Shown: positions 32,584-41,096 of the stretch, piece by piece
How the letters are laid out: each line of letters opens with the position of its first letter
Position numbering within the stretch: position 1 is the first letter of the stretch
Source: an uncultured Planctomycetota bacterium
GTDB lineage: Bacteria; Planctomycetota; Planctomycetia; Isosphaerales; Isosphaeraceae
Reading direction: 5' to 3'
Length of the DNA stretch: 64,000 nt
NCBI GenBank assembly: GCA_963737655.1
Contig: CAVTTN010000002.1
Coordinates: forward strand, 6,752,001 to 6,816,000
Program-made: the position numbers and the translations under genes
Notes under the pieces: model-generated
Database searches by the model: none
What the model was told of the DNA's origin: nothing
What the model saw: only the letters and a program-made list of their open reading frames with translations

Positions 32584-34367
32584 CCCCGTGAACTCTTCGC
32601 GCCGGCGGTTCGGCATCGGTTGATACTATGTGGGCATGATCATCGATCGGCCCGCATCCCCCCCGGCCCCCGCGACGACGGGGACGGCCCGATCCGGCTC
32701 GGCGGGGCTTGCGGTCGGGCGCCCCGCCTCCGACCCGTCGCCCTCACGACGGCGGCGACGGCGGCGACTTCGCCACCAGCTCGTAGCCCAGCGACCTCGC
32801 CTTGCGCCGCAGCGACCGCTCCTGCTTCGCGCGCACCTCGGCCTCGTACTCCGCCAGCGACCTCGACACGTACTCCTCGCCGTGCCTGAGCATCCGGTAC
32901 ACCAGCCGCGACAGCTTGTGCGCCGTCGCCGTGATCGCCCCCCGGCCGCCGATCCGGCCCTTGATCCGCCGGTAGAACTGGCCCGTCGCCGTCGCCGTCC
33001 GGCCCGCCGCCTGCGCCGCCATCCGCAGCGCCTGACCCACCCGGTTCTTGCCCTTGCGGGGCGTGCGACGCCGCTCGGTCTTGTTGCTCCGGTCGGTCCG
33101 CGGGCAGAGGCCCAGCCAGCTGGCGAAGTGCTTCTCGCTCGGGAACCGCCCCACGTCGCCGCCGAGCTCGGCCAGGATCACCGTCGCCGTCGTCGCGTCG
33201 ATCCCCTCGATGGCCGTCAGGTCCACGCCGATCGCCCGGGCCAGCTTGGCCGGGGCGTCGAACCGCACGTCGTTGGCCTTGCGGCCGCGCTTGCGGGGCC
33301 TCGCCGCGATCGGCCGGCCTTCGGAGCGGTCGGGCAGGCGGTCCAGCTCCTCGGCGATCCGGGCGTCGCACTCGTCGACCTGGCGGTGGAGGTAGTGGTA
33401 CAGGTCGGACGCCTGCCTCAGGGCGAACAGGTGCTCGGGCCGCCAGGTGCCCTCCAGGGCCCGGGCGATCTCCGCCTCGTCCCGGGCGCACCGCTCGTGC
33501 CGCAGCGCGGCCAGCTTCGTGGCGTCCCGCTCGCCGGCGAGGATCGCGGCGATGATCGCCGTGCCGGTGACGCCCGTGATGCTGCTGACGACCTCGGTCA
33601 GCTTCACATTCATCTGCTCCAAAGCCTTCTGCATGTGCTGGACGTGGTGCGAGGCGTACCGCACGAGCATCTGCCGCTGCCGCCAGTAGCCGCGCAGGGC
33701 CAGGACGGCCCCGGGCGGGCGGAAGGACGGGCGGAGCAGGCCGCACGAGTGGAGGCGCTGGAGCCACTGGCAGTCGAGCCGGTCGGTCTTGGGCCGGGCG
33801 CCGCAGTGGCTGGCCTGGCTCGGCTCGATGAGGAAGACCTCGAAGCCGCGCGATTCGAGCAGCTCGAACAGGGGGATCCAGTAGACGCCGGTGGACTCCA
33901 GGACCACCGAGGTGACGCCCTCGGCCCGGAACCAATCGGCCAGGGCGTGGAGGTCGGCCGAGCAGGCGCCGAAGGTGCGGACCCGTCCGGGCCCGACGCA
34001 GGCGACGTGGTTGTCGGAGTGGACGTCGACGGCGGCGGCGTGGGGGTGGACGACCGGCAGGGACGCGTCGGGATCGGGGGGCGTGCGGCGACTCATGGCG
34101 AGGGCTCCGGCGGGTGGGGGGCCAAGCCGTCGCGGGCCGAGAGGGGGTCCGGGGACGAGGTAGTCTCCCCGACGGGAACGTCGCGGGGCCGTGTTGACAC
34201 GGCGCCGCGGGTCACCAATGATGGGGCCACGGCCTCTCGGGCCAAGCTAACCTGCGGGCGGCGAGCACCAGGGAGATGACGGCCGGGAGGCCCGCGGCGG
34301 CGACGCCGATCGTACCGCGCCCCGGTTCACGTCCGTCGGGGAGCGGTCGCAGGCCGCGCGGAGAGTT
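32584..34367 (-). mobile_element. IS110-family element copy 2 (1784 bp) in attC8
   Basis: Same length and ends as copy 1, identical translation. Confidence 0.95.
32744..34096 (-). CDS. IS110-family transposase
   Basis: Identical protein to 26979-28331. Confidence 0.96.
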   Translation of the reverse strand: MSRRTPPDPDASLPVVHPHAAAVDVHSDNHVACVGPGRVRTFGACSADLHALADWFRAEGVTSVVLESTGVYWIPLFELLESRGFEVFLIEPSQASHCGARPKTDRLDCQWLQRLHSCGLLRPSFRPPGAVLALRGYWRQRQMLVRYASHHVQHMQKALEQMNVKLTEVVSSITGVTGTAIIAAILAGERDATKLAALRHERCARDEAEIARALEGTWRPEHLFALRQASDLYHYLHRQVDECDARIAEELDRLPDRSEGRPIAARPRKRGRKANDVRFDAPAKLARAIGVDLTAIEGIDATTATVILAELGGDVGRFPSEKHFASWLGLCPRTDRSNKTERRRTPRKGKNRVGQALRMAAQAAGRTATATGQFYRRIKGRIGGRGAITATAHKLSRLVYRMLRHGEEYVSRSLAEYEAEVRAKQERSLRRKARSLGYELVAKSPPSPPS

Positions 34368-34463
34368 AACCTTGCGCTGCAGCGGACCCGGCCCGCCGCG
34401 GCGGTTTCTGGTAACATCAAGCCTTCACTCGGCGGGCCGGTCCGCTGAGCTTGGTCGTTAGGC
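34368..34463 (+). repeat. attC8 (downstream part)
   Basis: AACC...GTTAGGC. Confidence 0.9.
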
Positions 34464-34654
34464 GGCTCGGCAACCGGTCGAGCCGGGGAGGGGGATGCGA
34501 TGCCCGTTCGGCCGTTCGCGCCTCGTCGCCGTGCCGGTCGTCGCGTCGCCGTGCCGGTCGTCGCGTCGCCGTCGGCCGCGCCCCGCGTCGTCGCCGCCCG
34601 GGGTGGCGCGCGTGGTCGCCGCCGGCGGTCGTGCCCCGCGCGGTCGCGCCGCCT

Positions 34655-35034
34655 CTTCGTGAACTCTTTGGCTGGGAACGGCCATCGACGCGCGACACTA
34701 CCCCAACCCCAGGCTTTGTGGCCGGGCAGCGGCGAGGTCCGGGTAGCAAACCGACGGATTCAAGAGCGGCGGACGAGGCGCGGGCCGAGAGGGGAGTCGG
34801 TTACGTTTGCAGTCTCTTCGACGGGAACATCCCCGCGAGTCGGCTCGCGGGGCGTCGCCAATGACCGGATCACGACCTCTCGGGCCAGGCTAACCTACGG
34901 GCAGGGAGCACCAAGGTGGAGACGGCCGGGAGGCCCGCGCCACACTCAGGCTACGCCGCGCCGGGTCGGCGGGCAAGTCGTCCCCGACCCCCGTTCACGC
35001 CCCGTCGGGAGCGGACGAAGGCCGCAGGATGGTT
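34655..35034 (-). mobile_element. Mini-element M4 in attC9
   Basis: Same 380-bp sequence (T allele). Confidence 0.92.
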
Positions 35035-35129
35035 AACCTCGCGCTGCAGCGGACCCCACCCGCCGCATCGGTTTCTGGTAGATTCAAGGTCGCTCGTGCG
35101 GGTGGGTCCGCTGAGCTTGGCCGTTAGGC
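35035..35129 (+). repeat. attC9 (downstream part)
   Basis: AACC...GTTAGGC. Confidence 0.9.
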
Positions 35130-35360
35130 GGCTCAGGAGTCGAAGCCTTCGGTCGTGCTCGTCGTCGGCCTCGCCGGTCGCGCCTCGGCTCGACGACGCC
35201 ATCGGTCGGGCCCCTGGAGTCGGCCTCGGCGGTGGTGCGCGTCGTCGCCCTCGCCGGCCGCGCCCCCGAGGTCGGGCCCGTCGGCCGGCGCCCCCTTGCC
35301 AACGCCGTCGGTCCGTGCCAGGATCGTCGGTGTCGGCGCGTGGGGCGTCGCCGGGGCGCC

Positions 35361-35460
35361 GCCTAACCCGGCGCTGCAGCGGACCCGGCCCGCGGTCGAC
35401 GATCACTCTCCTCTCAATCTCGCCGGGCGCGGGCCGGTCCGCTGAGCTTTGTCGTTAGGC
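35361..35460 (+). repeat. attC10 (intact, same as attC1)
   Basis: GCCTAAC...GTTAGGC. Confidence 0.92.
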
Positions 35461-35485
35461 GTATTAGGTCGATCGGAGGCTCTGG

Positions 35486-35896
35486 ATGCGCAGTAGAGTC
35501 CGCTATGTCAGTGGTTTGCTATCGCTGTCCGTGCTGATCTTTACCTCGTGCAGCCCGGAGCGACCGGCGGGCAGCGAGGCGGACGCGTGGCCATCCGACC
35601 AAGAGATCCTCGCCTACCTCGATGGCAAGACGATTTTCGAGCCCACGCCTGCCTCATCGGAGAAGGGAGGTAGTGTACCCCCGAAATCCTTCTTGCTGAA
35701 GGCAGGCAACATTTCCTCCTTGGAAGTGAAGAAGTCGGGGGTTGCTGTCTCGGGCGAGCCTTGGACGACGCCGATCCATTTCATCCTCGACGAGGGGGGG
35801 CGTAAATATGCCGTTGATGCCAGCGTCGATCACCGGAAAGTCGATAATAAACGGGCCTTCTTCGGGCTCAAGGCCGAGCGCATCGCTGAGCAGTGA
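35486..35896 (+). CDS. Cassette 11 putative lipoprotein
   Basis: GGAGG RBS; signal peptide ending LIFTSC. Confidence 0.78.
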   Translation: MRSRVRYVSGLLSLSVLIFTSCSPERPAGSEADAWPSDQEILAYLDGKTIFEPTPASSEKGGSVPPKSFLLKAGNISSLEVKKSGVAVSGEPWTTPIHFILDEGGRKYAVDASVDHRKVDNKRAFFGLKAERIAEQ

Positions 35897-35897
35897 C

Positions 35898-35998
35898 GCC
35901 TAACCTCGCGCTGCAGCGGACCCCGGCCACGGGCCGCGCTCCCTCTTCCCTCAAGCTCACTGGTCCGTGGCCGGGTCCGCTGAGCTTTGGCGTTAGGC
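35898..35998 (+). repeat. attC11 (intact)
   Basis: GCCTAAC...GTTAGGC. Confidence 0.92.
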
Positions 35999-36014
35999 GG
36001 CAGAGGAGATTGGG

Positions 36015-36545
36015 ATGACCACCTCACCCCGTGACCGCATGCGGATGATCGTCGGCGATATCACGACACTAGCCGTCGACGCCGTCGTCACGGCCGCCAA
36101 TGAGTCCCTCCTCGGCGGCGGGGGAGTCGATGGCGCCATCCACCGAGCCGCCGGCCCCGGGTTGCTCGACGAGTGCCGCACCCTGGGGATCTGCAACGAG
36201 GGCGAGGCGAAGATCAGCGGCGCCTATCGCCTGCCCGCCAAATACATCATCCATACCGTCGGGCCGGTCTGGGAGGGCGGCCACTACGATGAGGTCGGCA
36301 CCTTGCGGCGGTGCTACAGGGCCTGCCTGGAATTGGCGGAGGGGCGCGGCGTCGAGTCGATCGCCTTCCCATGCGTCGCCACGGGCGTCTACGAGTTCCC
36401 GAAGGACCTGGCCTGCGAGGTCGCCGTCGACGCCGTGCGCGAATGGCTGTCGGACCACGACCTCCCGAAGCAGGTGGTCTTCTGCTGCTTCGAGGAGTCG
36501 GATGCCGCGCTGTACCGTGACCGCCTCTCCGCGGCCATCGCCTAA
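36015..36545 (+). CDS. Cassette 12 macrodomain protein (YmdB-like ADP-ribose hydrolase)
   Basis: GDIT, AANESLLGGGGVDGAIHRAAG, IIHTVGP, SIAFPCVATGVY. Confidence 0.93.
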   Translation: MTTSPRDRMRMIVGDITTLAVDAVVTAANESLLGGGGVDGAIHRAAGPGLLDECRTLGICNEGEAKISGAYRLPAKYIIHTVGPVWEGGHYDEVGTLRRCYRACLELAEGRGVESIAFPCVATGVYEFPKDLACEVAVDAVREWLSDHDLPKQVVFCCFEESDAALYRDRLSAAIA

Positions 36546-36638
36546 CCTGGCGCTGCAGCGGACCCGGCCCGCCGCGGTAGTTTCCGTGCTATCATCGGTC
36601 TGCTCGGCGGGCCGGTCCGCTGAGCTTGGTCGTTAGGC
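36540..36638 (+). repeat. attC12 (intact)
   Basis: GCCTAAC...GTTAGGC. Confidence 0.92.
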
Positions 36639-36661
36639 TCCGAAGTCGGAAGGTGAGTGCG

Positions 36662-37528
36662 ATGCAACAAGCTTCACAACCAAACGCGATGCAGCAACCC
36701 ATAAAGGAGTTGCTCAAGGCGATAGCCGAACAGTCGAATCCGAAGCAACTCAGGGAAGCCTTATTCGAAAAGCGGTTGCTGGCGCGGGCCTTCGCCATCT
36801 GCCCGGATGCGGAACAAGCCGCGAAGTTAACGGACATCGTGTTCAAGCGACTCAGCGACTTGGATAAACAAGTTGAATTGGCACGGGCTGAATGGGACGA
36901 ATTCAAGAACAAGGCATGCACAGACTGGAAGAGGGTCCGAGCGGAGATCGAACACGAGAATCTGCTCATCAATCACCGTTTGGGATGGTTATTTACCTCA
37001 CAGATTTTCCTGCTCGGAGGTTTTGCGGCGGTCTTTCAGGCTTCTCTCAAGGAGAACCTACTCACCAGTTCGCTCCCAGTCCAGGTTGTATTATTAGCGA
37101 TATCAGTCGTCGCCGTTTCAATTTGTGCATTTGTGACTGCTTCTGTCGATGCAGCTCATAAACAGATTGAATTCTTGGAGAATTGGTGGTTCGCTCACTA
37201 CCTGAGCAAAAAACTGAAAATGATGGATATCTTCTGCGTCGAAAAATTGACAGATCACCCTCCAATCAACGGTATTTTTGATGAATGGTTGTACACTATC
37301 CTAAGTACGAAATGGATGCCAGTACCGATCGCTCTAGGCTGGCTCGCCTTGATGTCTGCAGTATTCTTTGAGAAGATTTTGAAGATCGAGCAGCCTGTTG
37401 TCCCAACGGTTGCCTCGACCACCGTCGTGTTTGGGCTGGGTGTCGGGCTCTTCTATTTTGCGACGTTGCGGCGCAAGCGTCCGAATCGCAAAGTTGGTTC
37501 CTGGAAAGAGCCCGCCGCCTCTTCGTGA
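36662..37528 (+). CDS. Cassette 13 low-GC membrane protein (about 4 TM helices)
   Basis: Helical N-terminus, EHENLLINHRLGWLFTSQ then hydrophobic segments; stop inside M5. Confidence 0.8.
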   Translation: MQQASQPNAMQQPIKELLKAIAEQSNPKQLREALFEKRLLARAFAICPDAEQAAKLTDIVFKRLSDLDKQVELARAEWDEFKNKACTDWKRVRAEIEHENLLINHRLGWLFTSQIFLLGGFAAVFQASLKENLLTSSLPVQVVLLAISVVAVSICAFVTASVDAAHKQIEFLENWWFAHYLSKKLKMMDIFCVEKLTDHPPINGIFDEWLYTILSTKWMPVPIALGWLALMSAVFFEKILKIEQPVVPTVASTTVVFGLGVGLFYFATLRRKRPNRKVGSWKEPAASS

Positions 37529-37900
37529 ACTCTTTGGCTGGGAACGGCCATCGACGCGCGACACTACCCCAACCCCAGGCTTTGTGGCCGGGCAGCGGCG
37601 AGGTCCGGGTAGCAAACCGACGGATTCAAGAGCGGCGGACGAGGCGCGGGCCGAGAGGGGAGTCGGTTACGCTTGCAGTCTCTTCGACGGGAACATCCCC
37701 GCGAGTCGGCTCGCGGGGCGTCGCCAATGACCGGATCACGACCTCTCGGGCCAGGCTAACCTACGGGCAGGGAGCACCAAGGTGGAGACGGCCGGGAGGC
37801 CCGCGCCACACTCAGGCTACGCCGCGCCGGGTCGGCGGGCAAGTCGTCCCCGACCCCCGTTCACGCCCCGTCGGGAGCGGACGAAGGCCGCAGGATGGTT
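37521..37900 (-). mobile_element. Mini-element M5 in attC13
   Basis: Same 380-bp sequence (C allele). Confidence 0.92.
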
Positions 37901-37997
37901 AACCTCGCGCTGCAGCGGACCCCGGCCACGGGTTACGTTTTCTCTTCTCCCAAGCTCACCGGTCCGTGGCCGGGTCCGCTGAGCTTGGTCGTTAGGC
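37901..37997 (+). repeat. attC13 (downstream part)
   Basis: AACC...GTTAGGC. Confidence 0.9.
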
Positions 37998-38021
37998 GGC
38001 TTTCCCCGGTGAGGCCGACTC

Positions 38022-38420
38022 GTGCGCATCAGCATCCCACGCCTCCCGGTCGCGCTCGTCATCCGAGCGGATCGGCGGCCCCGACGGCCGATCAAGCCGA
38101 GGTTCACCCTTCGTGGCATGATGCTTGCCGTGCTCGTCGTCGGGCTGGTGCTCGCGCTGTCGCTCCACGCGGCGAGGTTGCAACGGGCTGGCAACGACCA
38201 TGCGGCGCGAGCGGTCCTGCTCGCCCCGGGCGCCGGCACGATGCCTCCGGTCGTGGGCTGGCACAACGCGAGGGCGAACGCCCTCTTCGCGGCCGCCTGG
38301 CGCTGGCACATGGCGGTCACCACGCTCGTTGTCAGCTCGGCCGCCTTGGGGTGTATCGCGGCCATCGGCCGGTGCGTCGCTTCTGCGCCCCGGCCCTACG
38401 GTGGGTCGGAAGGCGCCTGA
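38022..38420 (+). CDS. Cassette 14 small membrane protein
   Basis: PRFTLRGMMLAVLVVGLVLAL; stop in attC. Confidence 0.65.
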   Translation: MRISIPRLPVALVIRADRRPRRPIKPRFTLRGMMLAVLVVGLVLALSLHAARLQRAGNDHAARAVLLAPGAGTMPPVVGWHNARANALFAAAWRWHMAVTTLVVSSAALGCIAAIGRCVASAPRPYGGSEGA

Positions 38421-38512
38421 CCTCGCGCTGCAGCGGACCCCGCACCGCCGCGGCGCTTTCTCTGCTACCATGTCGTTGTTCGGCGGTGCGGGTCCGCTCA
38501 GCTTGGGCGTTA
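38415..38512 (+). repeat. attC14 (GCCTGAC variant; R' box split by MITE)
   Basis: Conserved arms; GTTA then insertion then TAGGC. Confidence 0.8.
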
Positions 38513-38658
38513 TTGCCCTTCAGGTTGTCCGGTTCCGGACGATCCCCGGGTGGCCGGGGGCTCGTCCGCGAGACCCCGGTCCCGCGGGGTCGGCCGACCG
38601 GGGTCTCGCCGGCGAGCCCCCGGCCACCCGGACAGGAACCCAACAATCTGAAGGTCAA
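38513..38658. mobile_element. 146-bp palindromic MITE with TA duplication
   Basis: TTGCCCTTCAGGTTGT...ACAATCTGAAGGTCAA flanked by TA at 38511-38512 and 38659-38660. Confidence 0.8.
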
Positions 38659-38685
38659 TAGGCACACTCACACACGGCATCACGC

Positions 38686-39147
38686 ATGAGCACAGGAAAC
38701 ACAAAAGCCGTCAGAGATTCCGAGACGTGCTGGGAACTTGATGAAGAGTTCATGTTGTATGCCGCGACCATTCCAGACCCGCCGAAGGCGGGTGCGGCCA
38801 CGACGGTGAGGCTCACGCATCGGAGCTCCTGCGGCCCGTTCGACTTCGCTGAATTTTTCGTTCGTGTAGGAAACTCGGCCAAGTCGAACGCCCCGCGCGA
38901 TTCGGATTCGACGACAGATTGGATTCAGGCGCGATTGGTCGAGGAGTTGGTCACCGTCGCTGAGGAAGAGATGCATCGTTCAGAGGCGCAAGAGCCTTTC
39001 GATGACGAGACACTTTGGATCGGGACTTACGAGGCCGACTTAATCTTTCCCGTCGGGCAGAGTTCCATCGAGATCAAGATCGTCAGCCAAGAGCCAGAGA
39101 TGCTCGGGTCATTCGTGCTGACGGACTGGGAGGTGACGGTTGGATGA
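38686..39147 (+). CDS. Cassette 15 acidic hypothetical protein
   Basis: Fills cassette. Confidence 0.75.
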   Translation: MSTGNTKAVRDSETCWELDEEFMLYAATIPDPPKAGAATTVRLTHRSSCGPFDFAEFFVRVGNSAKSNAPRDSDSTTDWIQARLVEELVTVAEEEMHRSEAQEPFDDETLWIGTYEADLIFPVGQSSIEIKIVSQEPEMLGSFVLTDWEVTVG

Positions 39148-39158
39148 GCCGTGCGCCT

Positions 39159-39538
39159 CTTCGTGAACTCTTTGGCTGGGAACGGCCATCGACGCGCGAC
39201 ACTACCCCAACCCCAGGCTTTGTGGCCGGGCAGCGGCGAGGTCCGGGTAGCAAACCGACGGATTCAAGAGCGGCGGACGAGGCGCGGGCCGAGAGGGGAG
39301 TCGGTTACGCTTGCAGTCTCTTCGACGGGAACATCCCCGCGAGTCGGCTCGCGGGGCGTCGCCAATGACCGGATCACGACCTCTCGGGCCAGGCTAACCT
39401 ACGGGCAGGGAGCACCAAGGTGGAGACGGCCGGGAGGCCCGCGCCACACTCAGGCTACGCCGCGCCGGGTCGGCGGGCAAGTCGTCCCCGACCCCCGTTC
39501 ACGCCCCGTCGGGAGCGGACGAAGGCCGCAGGATGGTT
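39159..39538 (-). mobile_element. Mini-element M6 in attC15
   Basis: Same 380-bp sequence (C allele). Confidence 0.92.
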
Positions 39539-39634
39539 AACCTCGCGCTGCAGCGGACCCCACACCGCCGCGGCGCTTTTTCTGCTATCATGCCTGTCTC
39601 GGCGGTGCGGGTCCGCTGAGCTTGGTCGTTAGGC
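39539..39634 (+). repeat. attC15 (downstream part)
   Basis: AACC...GTTAGGC. Confidence 0.9.
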
Positions 39635-39644
39635 GGCTCTCCCT

Positions 39645-39953
39645 TTGGGCGTCGAGGATCATACGTTCTCTGTGCGAATCGTCTCCATCGAGCGACTCCG
39701 CCTGCGGAATGGGTCGTCGCTGCTCCTCCTTGGCCTCGACATGACGTACCTTCAAGCGGCGCGGTCTGGTTGTCCGGGTGCCAAGGCACGCGTCGTATCC
39801 GGCGATGCCGTCACGCCAGTCCGGGGCACCCTGGCCTTTCAGCAACCACTCGACAGCCTCGCGACCGTGAGCGTATCTTCACCTGAGTCGATCATCGTCG
39901 CTGTCGGCGACACGTTCGAGTTCGAGCGAGCCGACCCCGCCGCCTCCCCGTGA
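39645..39953 (+). CDS. Cassette 16 hypothetical protein
   Basis: Fills cassette; stop inside IS end; weak start. Confidence 0.5.
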   Translation: MGVEDHTFSVRIVSIERLRLRNGSSLLLLGLDMTYLQAARSGCPGAKARVVSGDAVTPVRGTLAFQQPLDSLATVSVSSPESIIVAVGDTFEFERADPAASP

Positions 39954-40593
39954 ACTCTTCGCGCCGGCGGTTCGGCATCGGTTGATACTATGTGGGCGTG
40001 ATCATCGATCGGCCCGCATCCCCCCCGGCCCCCGCGACGACGGGGACGGCCCGATCCGGCTCGGCGGGGCTTGCGGTCGGGCGCCCCGCCTCCGACCCGT
40101 CGCCCTCACGACGGCGGCGACGGCGGCGACTTCGCCACCAGCTCGTAGCCCAGCGACCTCGCCTTGCGCCGCAGCGAACGCTCCTGCTTCCGCCTCACCT
40201 CCGCCTCGTACTCCGCCAGCGACCTCGACACGTACTCCTCGCCGTGCCTGAGCAGCCGGTACACCAGCCGCGACAGCTTGTGCGCCGTCGCCGTGATCGC
40301 CCCGCGGCCGCCGATCCGGCCCTTGATCCGCCGGGGGGTCAAAAAGGGGACGGGGGGTCAAAAAGGGGACGGAGCGAATAAATTCAGCTTTTTGCATTTT
40401 GCCGCGTCTCATCCAGGCCGAACTTATTCGCTCCGTCCCCTTTTCGGCCCCAAGCTAACCTGCGGGCGGCGAGCACCAGGGAAGGGACGGCCGGGAGGCT
40501 CGCGACGGCGTGCCCCAGCGTATCGCGCCCGGTGGTCGGGGCCACCCCCGGTTCACGTCCGTCGGGGAGCGGTCGGAGACGGCGCGGAGAGTT
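39946..40593 (-). mobile_element. Internally deleted, diverged IS110 copy 3 in attC16
   Basis: Both ends and transposase 3' end (40106-40332) kept; middle replaced by 40333-40450. Confidence 0.9.
40333..40444. repeat. REP/MITE-like inverted repeat at the deletion junction
   Basis: AAAAGGGGACGGAGCGAATAA 40361-40381 and exact complement 40424-40444; 19-nt tandem 40333-40370. Confidence 0.8.
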
Positions 40594-40689
40594 AACCTGG
40601 CGCGGCAGCGGACCCCGCACCACCGCGACGCCTCTTGTGTTATCATGGCCCACTCGGCGGAGCGGGTCCGCTGAGCTTTGGTATCAGGC
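40594..40689 (+). repeat. attC16 (degenerate R', ATCAGGC)
   Basis: Arms conserved, GTT mutated. Confidence 0.75.
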
Positions 40690-40715
40690 GGCTCGCACTT
40701 CCGAGGGGCACACCG

Positions 40716-41066
40716 ATGACCTTGCCTGGTCGCCTCCGCCCTCGTTGGACCATCGGGCGCTGCATGATCGGCGTCGCGGTCTCAGCCCTTGCGCTCTCCG
40801 GGCCGTTGCAATTCCTCCTCGTGGCCCTGACTGTCTCCTTCATGCTCCTCATGAGGCTCGGCTTTTCCTGGGTGAAGGCGCTGATGGCGGTCGAAGTGAT
40901 GGGCGCCATCGCGATCGCCCTCGGACTGCCGTTCTTCGTCACCGCCCTACGCTCCAATTGTGGCATGCCCGCGTCTGGGCCGACTAACCTCGCGGTGCGG
41001 GGGACCCGTCCCGCCGTTGTGCGTTCTCCGCTCTCATGGCGATCGCTCGGCGGGCCGGTCCGCTGA
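40716..41066 (+). CDS. Cassette 17 small membrane protein (reads into attC)
   Basis: GAGG RBS; PRWTIGRCMIGVAVSAL and hydrophobic helices. Confidence 0.6.
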   Translation: MTLPGRLRPRWTIGRCMIGVAVSALALSGPLQFLLVALTVSFMLLMRLGFSWVKALMAVEVMGAIAIALGLPFFVTALRSNCGMPASGPTNLAVRGTRPAVVRSPLSWRSLGGPVR

Positions 41067-41081
41067 GCGTTCGCGTTCGGC
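40982..41081 (+). repeat. attC17 (degenerate)
   Basis: GACTAAC...GGTCCGCTGAGC...GTTCGGC. Confidence 0.7.
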
Positions 41082-41096
41082 CCCACGGAGGCGGTG

